The position numbers and the translations under genes were made by a program. A DNA stretch of 64,000 nt, taken from the NCBI GenBank assembly GCA_963674825.1, contig OY771587.1, positions 3,488,001 through 3,552,000 of the forward strand. Reading direction: 5' to 3'. Shown one piece after another: positions 1 to 7,927 of the stretch (positions are counted from its first letter, which is position 1; every line of letters begins with the position of its first letter). The stretch comes from Candidatus Cloacimonadales bacterium. Its GTDB lineage: Bacteria; Cloacimonadota; Cloacimonadia; Cloacimonadales; JAIOQZ01. The notes under the pieces are model-generated. The model saw only the letters and a list, made by a program, of their open reading frames with translations. It ran no database searches and had not been told where the DNA came from.

Positions 1-130
1 GACGACACTGATTGTCCTAAATTATAATTGACGTTTTCAGACGGACTGAGAGAATGTCTCTGGGAAAATATTTTATTGTTTTTCTAGAACATGATGGTGA
101 TTGATAACCTGAAACTCAGTTGGAGGAATC

Positions 131-439
131 GTGAGTATTTCCAAAAAATACTTGAAAACCCAGTCCGTCTGCAAAGTTACTTTCAAGCTTACGCATCAGG
201 CATGCGGTAATGCGAACAAAGTTTGCATCGTCGGCGATTTCAACAATTGGGATGTCCAGGCAGATCCCATGTTGAAATTGAAGAGTGGTGACTTTAAAAT
301 CGTTCTTGATCTCGTGCCTGGAAATTCCTACCAGTACCGCTATCTCATTGATGGAAAGAAATGGGAAAACGACTGGAAGGCAGACGAATATATCCACTCA
401 CCTTTCGGAAATTGTGAAAACTCGGTCGTAATCGTTTAG
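131..439 (+). CDS. Isoamylase early-set / CBM48-like glycogen-binding domain protein
   Basis: GGAGG RBS then GTG; motifs VCIVGDFNNW, YQYRYLIDGKKWEND, ENSVV are typical of the family. Confidence 0.85.
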   Translation: MSISKKYLKTQSVCKVTFKLTHQACGNANKVCIVGDFNNWDVQADPMLKLKSGDFKIVLDLVPGNSYQYRYLIDGKKWENDWKADEYIHSPFGNCENSVVIV

Positions 440-563
440 CCTGACCATTTTCCACAGAAACCTTCAAAGCACATACATGAGAGGGTTTCTGTATTGGCGA
501 ACTTAACGATACCACCACACACTTTCCCTTTCCGTTTGCTTGATGGATTAAAGGGTAAATAGT

Positions 564-1187
564 ATGACCGAAATACGTGAAGATTTAATTCTGATGGGTG
601 AGATTGTGCGCCTCAAGCCAATCAAGCCTCGACATTTCACGCAAATCGTTGATTGGTACAGTAGAAAGCGCATTCGACGACACCTCTTGCGCGATGACCT
701 TCCCGGCCTGAAAAACCGGATTCGCAGCTTCTTCATCAAGAATCGCATCGACACGATTATCACATCCATATACGGCTACTGGATCGAGCACGGCATGGGC
801 TTCATGATCAAGGTGAAAAACGAGAATCTGGGAACAATATGCGCCTGGGAGATCGCGCCATCGATCTACCGTATCCAGATCGTTATCGGCCGCAGGAAGA
901 ACTGGGGTCAGGGTTTTGGTACGGAAGCTGTTAGAACGCTGACAAAGTATCTTATAACCGAATTCTCACCCACTGCTATCATCTGTTCCGATGTTCATCC
1001 TGGCAATGAGCGGTGTATCAAGGTTTTCGAGAGTAATGGCTTTGTTCAATGCAGTGATGCTACTGCCGATCGCTACCGCGCAATGACCGAATACCCAAAG
1101 TATATGGTAAACGATCCCTGTACCGATTCAGGTCAACACCGACTCAAGACGTATGAATTTATCCCGTCGGGAGGAAACGCACAGTGA
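564..1187 (+). CDS. GNAT family N-acetyltransferase (RimJ/RimL-like)
   Basis: WGQGFGTEAV acetyl-CoA motif A; VHPGNERCIKVFESNGF motif B. Confidence 0.75.
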   Translation: MTEIREDLILMGEIVRLKPIKPRHFTQIVDWYSRKRIRRHLLRDDLPGLKNRIRSFFIKNRIDTIITSIYGYWIEHGMGFMIKVKNENLGTICAWEIAPSIYRIQIVIGRRKNWGQGFGTEAVRTLTKYLITEFSPTAIICSDVHPGNERCIKVFESNGFVQCSDATADRYRAMTEYPKYMVNDPCTDSGQHRLKTYEFIPSGGNAQ

Positions 1188-1939
1188 TGAAAAGAGCGCA
1201 TCGAGTCTCAGTCTTCGCAATTATCATCTGCTTGATTCTGTTAATAATTTCCTGCCAGAAAAAGGAGGAAACCGAGAAGATAGTTGAGCAGGTGATCAAT
1301 AATACTGCCGATGAATCGCTGGTCTTGCACATGCCGTTTGATGGAACAGTGAGTGATTCAAGCATGTTCACGCATCATGTTGAGGCCCGGAATGTCAGAT
1401 TCACGGAAGATCGATTCGGTAAGAAGGAATCAGCCGCACGATTCGATGGCCGCACCTCATGGATATCGATTGAAGCAGATTCGCTTCTTGATTTTCACGA
1501 TCGCGCCAGTTTCACGGTGACTTCCTGGGTCAATGTGAACCGCTTTTCGATAGACTGGAGCATTCTCCGCAAGAAGGGTGATCCTGTGCAGTATTACTTT
1601 GGATACGAGGATGATCGTGTTGTGTTGAGCCTTGATCGTGAGGAATCGCGGGTGTATTCGCAGACGACACTTTTCGAAGATACGTGGTATTTCGTTGTTG
1701 GTGTGTATGATGCTGATCTGATGCAGCTTACGATCTATGTCAATTCGCTACAGGACGCACAAGCTCCGGTTCTAAATCTTTTCAAGAGCAAGACGGGAAA
1801 TCTCGAGATAGGGCGGACGTCTACCAATACGCCAGTCTACTATCTCAACGGTGTGCTGGACGATATACGGGTCTATTCACGAAAGCTTTCCGAAAAGGAA
1901 ATACGCGACCTCTATCACGAAGGTGGGTGGAATCTGTAA
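1184..1939 (+). CDS. LamG/concanavalin-like domain lipoprotein
   Basis: Lipobox-like IISC; SFTVTSWV, WYFVVGVYD, LEIG, GVLDDIRVYSRKLS. Confidence 0.8.
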   Translation: MMKRAHRVSVFAIIICLILLIISCQKKEETEKIVEQVINNTADESLVLHMPFDGTVSDSSMFTHHVEARNVRFTEDRFGKKESAARFDGRTSWISIEADSLLDFHDRASFTVTSWVNVNRFSIDWSILRKKGDPVQYYFGYEDDRVVLSLDREESRVYSQTTLFEDTWYFVVGVYDADLMQLTIYVNSLQDAQAPVLNLFKSKTGNLEIGRTSTNTPVYYLNGVLDDIRVYSRKLSEKEIRDLYHEGGWNL

Positions 1940-2003
1940 GTCAACTGTTCCATGAGGCGTCTGGCTGAGCCCGGAACTCCCTCAATAAACCGTTTGTATA
2001 TAC

Positions 2004-2044
2004 AAAAAGAGGCAGCTTCTATCGAGGCTGCCTCTTCTATTTTG
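2004..2044. terminator. Bidirectional intrinsic terminator
   Basis: AAGAGGCAGCTTC-TATC-GAGGCTGCCTCTT hairpin flanked by A- and T-rich tracts between convergent genes. Confidence 0.75.
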
Positions 2045-2061
2045 TGCTGAGCTCTTTCGGA

Positions 2062-2544
2062 TTAGTCTTCCAGGAAAGCGACGCTCAGAGCGTTTTCAAC
2101 GGTAACGGATCCATCTTTGACCATCTTGATGATCTGTTGGATCTTCTTGTTGTAGTTTTCACGTAAACGAATGTTCATCGAGATCTGATCCACCAGCTTA
2201 TTCTGGGTCTCTGTGAGACGGATCAGGATCGCTCTCATATCAGCTTCCATTTCCTCATCGTTCTCATAAGTGATCTTCTGAGGTTCGCGGACAGCACCGT
2301 AGTAGAGAGGGCGATCGGCAAGTTCTTTCGGGAAATCAACAAACATATCGCCTTTATCTGAATACAACCAGTTAAGGTTGATTTTAAACCGCGACATAAG
2401 GTTTGCTGTTGTCTCAGCTCTTGGGCTACTGTGATCAGACTCGATCTTTGATAGTGCTGCCGAGCTGATATCCAGTTCTTTTGCGAATTGGGCCTGGGTC
2501 ATGCCGATGGCATGTCGGATAGCCTTGAATTTTTTTCCGAACAT
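2062..2544 (-). CDS. XRE-family HTH transcriptional regulator (cI-like N-terminus, coiled-coil C-terminus)
   Basis: MFGKKFKAIRHAIGMTQAQFAKELDISSAALSKIE...INLNWL; AGGAGG RBS before ATG 2544; no S24 peptidase motif seen. Confidence 0.85.
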   Translation of the reverse strand: MFGKKFKAIRHAIGMTQAQFAKELDISSAALSKIESDHSSPRAETTANLMSRFKINLNWLYSDKGDMFVDFPKELADRPLYYGAVREPQKITYENDEEMEADMRAILIRLTETQNKLVDQISMNIRLRENYNKKIQQIIKMVKDGSVTVENALSVAFLED

Positions 2545-2580
2545 TAGTACCTCCTTGACGTTTCGTAGCTTTCGCACGTG

Positions 2581-2817
2581 CTAATGTTTATCGTGAGCCT
2601 GAATCCCGTCAAGAAATATACTTCCCTTCCCTGTAATAAACCAGTTCAAATTGACGTTAAGATTCAGTAATAGGTTGGCGTGAATGCTTGCGCTTGGGGC
2701 ATTTATATCTGCCTCTAGTTTTGATATTGCGGCCCCAGATACCCCTAAAATTTCTGCCAAATCTTTTTGTTTAAGCCCGGTTAAACTTCTGATAGTTTTC
2801 AGGCGTTTTCCGTACAT
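2581..2817 (-). CDS. XRE-family HTH transcriptional regulator (78 aa), paralog of 2062-2544
   Basis: MYGKRLKTIRSLTGLKQKDLAEILGVSGAAISKLE...VNLNWFITGKG; GGGAGG RBS. Confidence 0.85.
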   Translation of the reverse strand: MYGKRLKTIRSLTGLKQKDLAEILGVSGAAISKLEADINAPSASIHANLLLNLNVNLNWFITGKGSIFLDGIQAHDKH

Positions 2818-2832
2818 GGTAACCTCCCTTGT

Positions 2833-2937
2833 GGTTAACTATAGTTAAGTTATTCCTTGACAAAAATCTCCTATTGGAATTTTATTTACCTCCAATACAG
2901 CCAGAGTTAATCTTACTTAAACTTGATTAAGTGTCAA
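2833..2937. promoter_or_regulatory. Divergent promoter region with candidate XRE operators
   Basis: TTGACA at 2857-2862 (+) and 2932-2937 (-); palindromes TTAACTATAGTTAA (2835-2848) and ACTTAA-N6-TTAAGT (2915-2932); TTAA at 2907/2917/2927. Confidence 0.6.
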
Positions 2938-2959
2938 ACAAAATAATCGGAGGTATAGT

Positions 2960-3184
2960 ATGGTACAGATTTTATCAGGAAAGCAAGTGCGGTTAAAACG
3001 AATCGAACACGATCTTTCGATGAACGAATTGGCGAGGAAATTGAACGTAACGCCAACGTGGATGTCGCTTGTAGAAAACGGGAGACAGTCAGGAGAGCCA
3101 GTCCGTTCCAAGGCAACCCTGTTTTTCCAGCAGATTGAAATGGAAGCACTGAGAAAACGGCTCAACCGAATAGAAGGCGAATAA
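2960..3184 (+). CDS. Small Cro-like/XRE HTH protein
   Basis: VRLKRIEHDLSMNELARKLNVTPTWMSLVENG HTH; GGAGG RBS. Confidence 0.8.
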   Translation: MVQILSGKQVRLKRIEHDLSMNELARKLNVTPTWMSLVENGRQSGEPVRSKATLFFQQIEMEALRKRLNRIEGE

Positions 3185-3235
3185 GTCCCCTGCGTCCTGG
3201 CTGTATTCATTAGGAATAGGGCTGAAACGTTAGGT

Positions 3236-3673
3236 GTGAAATACCGAAAAAAGGACAGAAAAATGACAGAGAGACAATGGATTCAACAAATACGTGATCG
3301 GATAAGGCTGTTTAAATCAATACCCGGCGTGCGCATACCGTTATATGATTCGCATGCAGGCATCGATTTCGGACGTTACCTGGGAATCATAAGAGAGGAT
3401 GCATATTGGAGAACGCTCAATGTCGATTTATCGCGCAGTGAATTGTCGCCACTGGCAGGTGAAAGAGCTGACATTGCGCAGCATGTTGTTCGGAGCGTAC
3501 AGGAAATTGAAGACCTCGTAAACATCATCGACAGGCTTTCTATCGAGAACCGAATCTTGAAGGGAAAGCTTCGTACGACTTATCAGGAGTTGCATAATCT
3601 TTTGATAAAGAAGGATGTACAACCGGTGGAGATAATCCAGCAATTTACCCAGTTCCGGACGAATCGCTTGTAA
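3236..3673 (+). CDS. Hypothetical protein with C-terminal coiled coil
   Basis: 145-codon ORF downstream of the cro-like gene; start could be ATG 3263. Confidence 0.55.
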   Translation: MKYRKKDRKMTERQWIQQIRDRIRLFKSIPGVRIPLYDSHAGIDFGRYLGIIREDAYWRTLNVDLSRSELSPLAGERADIAQHVVRSVQEIEDLVNIIDRLSIENRILKGKLRTTYQELHNLLIKKDVQPVEIIQQFTQFRTNRL

Positions 3674-3682
3674 ACTAAATAG

Positions 3683-3714
3683 GGTAGAGGCGCCTTCCTT
3701 TCGGGCGCCCTGCC
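3683..3714. terminator. GC-rich hairpin between convergent genes (possible terminator)
   Basis: GGCGCC...GGCGCC stem extended by GGTAG/CTGCC; weak U tract. Confidence 0.45.
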
Positions 3715-5673
3715 TTACAAGCCAAGGGTTTTATTGGGAGGTTTGACCAATACCTTGAACGTGAAAGTGGTGCCTTTGCCGGGTACGCTTTCAAAAGTGA
3801 TCGAGCCTTTCATGATTTCCGCAAGCCGCTGGCTGATAGCCAGTCCGAGGCCTGTGCCACTGTAGCGTCTTGTTGTTGATTTGGATACCTGTTCGAAGGC
3901 GTCAAAGATCTTGTCGCGATCCTTCTCCTGGATACCGATACCAGTGTCGGTCACATCAACAATCAGCCATCCATCTTTGTAACAACAGGCCATATCAACT
4001 CTACCAGCAGGCGTGAACTTGATCGCGTTGCTGAGTAGGTTCCATATGATCTGACGAATCCTACCGGAATCTCCGTAGGCAATTTCAGGGACATCGCGGT
4101 GGATCTCGATATCGTAGGCGATTCCTTTCTCTTTAGCCTGCTCATGGAGAAGGCCAAAGGTGGATCGTAGCGTTTGTGGCAGGTTCATGATATGGCTATC
4201 TACGCGTAGGGAGTTAGATTCGATGCGGGAATAATCGAGGATGTTTTTCACGATACTCATCAGCTGTATAGCTGCCGAGTGGATCGTGGAAAGCTTATGG
4301 ATTTTTTCGTTTTTCTCTTCTTCTTCCAGCATGATTTCGGTGAATCCGATTACGGCGTTCAGTGGTGTTTGGAGTTCATGGCTTACATTGGCCAGGAATT
4401 CGCTCTTGCTACGGTTTGCAGCTTCAGAAGTGAGAATTGCATCGCGCAGCAGGTCCTCGGTGCGCATATGATTTTCGATCTCCTGTGAGAGTGCCGTTGT
4501 GCGCTGTTCAACCTTCTGCTCGAGGGCGTCATTTATCTCGATGATGATTTTCTCTTTTTCACGAATTTGCGCCTGCATGAACTGAATATTCTGCGCGATC
4601 TTTGTCAGTTCGTCATTTTGAGAAATATCGAGTACTTCGCTGCGGCTGCCGTTTGCGATGTGATTCAAGGCGCGATTAATCTGGAGTATTCGGGAGATAA
4701 TGTTTTTCTTGATACGCCAGGACACAATGTAATAGGTGACGATAATGGAAAGGAGCGTAATACCCAGCAAGACAAAGAAAATTTTTCGACGCTGAAAATT
4801 AATACTCGAAAAATCGTAGACCGACTTCATCCAGAGCTGACCCCTGAGTATGGGGGAGTTCGTGAACCGTGCCTGAATCGGTTGATACATTTCATTTAAA
4901 TTGTCTCTTACTCGAGTGAAGGGTTGCCCTGATTTCGCCAGCATATAGATCTCCGGATCCATTTTCTGCCCTTCATTGACGAGTGACCACTGTCCAACAT
5001 CGTTCACGGCGTAGAGATCAAGCTCAATAAGATGTTTTGTGGTTTCAGGTATATCGTAGAATATTTTGCCATTGATATAATCACGGAAATTTGCCGGGTA
5101 GCGTTTATCAATATACTTCTTCACGTCGATGGAGACTTCGATGATAAAGTCTGAACCTTTCGGGCTGAAATAGCTGAACTTCTTGATCATGCCTGTTCGA
5201 GACGAGATGGAGATTCTCTCGGTTTTCACAATGCCAGATCCATACAAATCCATTAGGAAACCTTTGAAGTTATCCGAAATCGAGAAGAGCCTGAAATACT
5301 GGTCTGGCTCATAGGTGGTTTTTATGACGATTCCTTTGCTGTTAATAAGGTATAGGTCATCGAACCGGTAGCGATTTGCGATAGCCTTCATTTCGTCATC
5401 CGTGAGACGTGAGAGCGGCTTGTCCAGGTTTTGAAGGTCTTTGGCAAGGTTGGGGAGACGTTGGTCGATATTTGAGTCGATATCTTCCTCGACCATTTTA
5501 TACATAAGGTCGTAAACGCCTAAGCGGGAGGCAATTTGCTGCTGGGCATCTTCAATAATCGTGGTCCTGAGTGAGCGTGTATAGTATTGTGAGATAATGA
5601 ATACGCCGAATCCCACGAATAGATTTGAAAGCGCAATGATAGCAATAATGAAACCCGTTAGTCGTTTCTGCAT
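3715..5673 (-). CDS. Membrane sensor histidine kinase (periplasmic domain, HAMP, HisKA, HATPase)
   Basis: FLANVSHELQTPLN H-box; NLLSNAIKFT; DTGIGI; GTGLGLAI; two TM segments. Confidence 0.92.
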   Translation of the reverse strand: MQKRLTGFIIAIIALSNLFVGFGVFIISQYYTRSLRTTIIEDAQQQIASRLGVYDLMYKMVEEDIDSNIDQRLPNLAKDLQNLDKPLSRLTDDEMKAIANRYRFDDLYLINSKGIVIKTTYEPDQYFRLFSISDNFKGFLMDLYGSGIVKTERISISSRTGMIKKFSYFSPKGSDFIIEVSIDVKKYIDKRYPANFRDYINGKIFYDIPETTKHLIELDLYAVNDVGQWSLVNEGQKMDPEIYMLAKSGQPFTRVRDNLNEMYQPIQARFTNSPILRGQLWMKSVYDFSSINFQRRKIFFVLLGITLLSIIVTYYIVSWRIKKNIISRILQINRALNHIANGSRSEVLDISQNDELTKIAQNIQFMQAQIREKEKIIIEINDALEQKVEQRTTALSQEIENHMRTEDLLRDAILTSEAANRSKSEFLANVSHELQTPLNAVIGFTEIMLEEEEKNEKIHKLSTIHSAAIQLMSIVKNILDYSRIESNSLRVDSHIMNLPQTLRSTFGLLHEQAKEKGIAYDIEIHRDVPEIAYGDSGRIRQIIWNLLSNAIKFTPAGRVDMACCYKDGWLIVDVTDTGIGIQEKDRDKIFDAFEQVSKSTTRRYSGTGLGLAISQRLAEIMKGSITFESVPGKGTTFTFKVLVKPPNKTLGL

Positions 5674-5687
5674 GAATTACCCGCAAC

Positions 5688-5939
5688 TTAGAAGAATTTT
5701 CTTTTTCTTTTCCGTCTCCGTCCATGATGGGTTGTGTGACGCTCGTAGTTTCGATGACGGTCTCTGGTAAGCATGATGATGATGAAGCCAATTACTGGTG
5801 TCAGGATTAAGGAAATAAGAAAACCGGTTCCGAAGTTGTTCCCACGCCTTCTATTGACATAAGCCACTACAAGGCATAGGAGGATATAGCCTATAAAGAT
5901 TAAAACGCTCAAGGTCTGGGGACGAGTTAAGAATGACAT
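5688..5939 (-). CDS. Small two-TM membrane protein with basic C-terminal tail
   Basis: MSFLTRPQ...GNNFGTGFLISLILTPVIGFII...RRRKRKRKFF; ATG at 5939. Confidence 0.6.
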   Translation of the reverse strand: MSFLTRPQTLSVLIFIGYILLCLVVAYVNRRRGNNFGTGFLISLILTPVIGFIIIMLTRDRHRNYERHTTHHGRRRKRKRKFF

Positions 5940-6277
5940 TCTGTTCTGGTTCCTGTATGCTTTTACCAATAAAGTACGCCATTCGCCTGGTATTGACAAA
6001 ATAAAAAAAAGATTATTGTGAAATTTCCTGGTTGGGCAAATATCGTGCTCTAACAAATATCGTGCGGGAATTGATTGGTAATGAAGATACGTATGGGAAA
6101 TCAGAAAATGGACACGAATGAAGTTCATGAAAACGGAATCCATTCAACTGTATTTTCTGGCACATGTCCGTGAAACATATGTCGTGAAACATATTCAATA
6201 AAAAAGATAGATGTTGAAACGAGAAAATATCAAGGGTCAACATGTTTCACTCCCCCATTTTGCCCCATGTATATATG

Positions 6278-6305
6278 TCATGTCATAATATATATTATGT
6301 AAACT
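6278..6305 (+). other. dif: dif site (XerC/XerD chromosome dimer resolution site)
   Basis: TCATGTCATAA-TATATA-TTATGTAAACT has the 11-6-11 layout; spacer plus right arm match B. subtilis dif as I recall it, and CATAA/TTATG is the inverted core; lies in a ~650 bp AT-rich intergenic gap. Confidence 0.85.
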
Positions 6306-6588
6306 AATAAGAATTAGACAACCATCTGTTGAGAAAATGGTTGGGTATTTTGGGTTGATTGAGAATGTAAACATGTTGCATACATGTGATTTTATAGAAT
6401 ACGTAAAATCAGGCGATTCTGAGTACTTTAATCCGTGAGCAATGTTCCATGTCTTCCCCGGTCGAGATCGTCGCTTCTCAGCGATATTTCGAATTCGCCA
6501 TTTCTAGGCGTTGCAGAAAAAAGAAAAGCCTTGCAAGTTTGGGATAATGTGTGATTTTCGTCGCAGAAATCAATCGGAGGATTTTTGG

Positions 6589-7467
6589 ATGAAAAGCATG
6601 ACCGGATACGGTAAAGGAACATACAGTGACGATAACTACGAGATCGAGATTGAGATCAAATCGGTAAACCATCGGTTTCTCGACCTCCGCATCAATCTTA
6701 CGCGAGAACTCAATCCTTACGAAATGCCTTTGCGCGAATACGTTATGAAGAAAATGCGTCGGGGAAAGGTCGATATCCGAATCAATTTCAGAGACAAGCG
6801 TCTCCCCGATCTCTCGATTGATCAGCCCAAGCTTCTCGCGCTCTGGAATCTCTACAACGAAGCCAAGGGTATCCTCAAGACCGATCAAGAAATACCGCTC
6901 ACCAAGATTATGGAAATCGATGGCGTAGTTATGGAGACTCCGCCAGAGACCAACCGTGAAGACTTCATCCAGATGCTGCTCAAACCGCTCAATGACGCGC
7001 TCGACGAGCATATGGCCATGGCGCTACGGGAAGGCGAATCGATGCAGGACTTCCTGGTATCGTCCATGATGCGCATCTCGGCTGCGCTAACCGTTGTGGA
7101 GAACGAGTTTCCAGAGTTCCGCAATGAGACTTTCATGAAATACAAGACGCAACTCGCTGATATACTTGGCAATACGCTCACTGAAGATGATGAAAGACGT
7201 ATCCTTACCGAAACGGCGATTTTCATCGAGAAATCGGATATAAATGAAGAGATCGTACGACTCAAGGATCATCTCGAGAAGTTCCGGGACAAGCTGTTCG
7301 TGGAAAACGCTGAACTGGGTAAATCTCTGAATTTCATCCTCCAGGAGATGCATCGCGAAGCGAATACAATGAGCGTCAAGTTCAATAATTCCAAAGTTTT
7401 CCCTCAATTTCTGACGATTAAAGAAGAGATAGAGAAATGCAGGGAGATGGTGCAGAATGTCGAATAA
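6589..7467 (+). CDS. yicC: YicC/YloC family endoribonuclease
   Basis: MKSMTGYG, EIKSVNHRFLD, RGKVD, DINEEIVRL, FILQEMHREANT, REMVQNVE; GGAGG RBS. Confidence 0.93.
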   Translation: MKSMTGYGKGTYSDDNYEIEIEIKSVNHRFLDLRINLTRELNPYEMPLREYVMKKMRRGKVDIRINFRDKRLPDLSIDQPKLLALWNLYNEAKGILKTDQEIPLTKIMEIDGVVMETPPETNREDFIQMLLKPLNDALDEHMAMALREGESMQDFLVSSMMRISAALTVVENEFPEFRNETFMKYKTQLADILGNTLTEDDERRILTETAIFIEKSDINEEIVRLKDHLEKFRDKLFVENAELGKSLNFILQEMHREANTMSVKFNNSKVFPQFLTIKEEIEKCREMVQNVE

Positions 7468-7897
7468 CGAACCGATTCTGGAATGGACCTCTTTCCCACT
7501 GCGTGATTATCCTCGGACAAGCATCCTGCTCGTGGCGTTTCTTGGTTTTCTCGCTGTAATGTTGTGGCAGATCGCGGTCGTAGAATGGAAGATGCCGCTT
7601 TTTTATTTCCTGGGCATGTTTTTCGTTCTTGGCAGTCTTGTACCATATTATATCCCAACGCGTTACATGCTTCGCGAGGATCGCATCGACATTGCTTATC
7701 TAACGGTGAAGATCAGCCGCAAGTATAGCGATTTCAGATGCTTCTACGCGGATAAAAGAGGGATCATGCTGGGGACATTTCCACAGCCAAACCGTCTCGA
7801 CCGTTTCCGTGGGCAGTCACTCAGGTTTTCAAAGAAGCAGGTCGAACGTGAGAAGCTGGAAGAGATTCTCACAAAGAAAATCGGTGCGAAATTCTAA
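7457..7897 (+). CDS. Hypothetical two-TM membrane protein
   Basis: Overlaps the yicC stop; two hydrophobic helices then a soluble domain. Confidence 0.7.
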   Translation: MSNNEPILEWTSFPLRDYPRTSILLVAFLGFLAVMLWQIAVVEWKMPLFYFLGMFFVLGSLVPYYIPTRYMLREDRIDIAYLTVKISRKYSDFRCFYADKRGIMLGTFPQPNRLDRFRGQSLRFSKKQVEREKLEEILTKKIGAKF

Positions 7898-7927
7898 TCA
7901 ACCTCTTCCCCATTGGAGTCTTAAACT

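Noticed and set aside
2062..3673. Intact prophage
   Set aside because: No integrase, replication, structural or lysis genes flank the HTH cassette.
6161..6250. parS site or oriC in the AT-rich gap
   Set aside because: Only parS half-sites and no clear DnaA boxes; the dif match argues for the terminus instead.
6248..6268. MraZ-type TGGGG direct repeats on the minus strand
   Set aside because: Only two imperfect units, and no mraZ/dcw cluster nearby.
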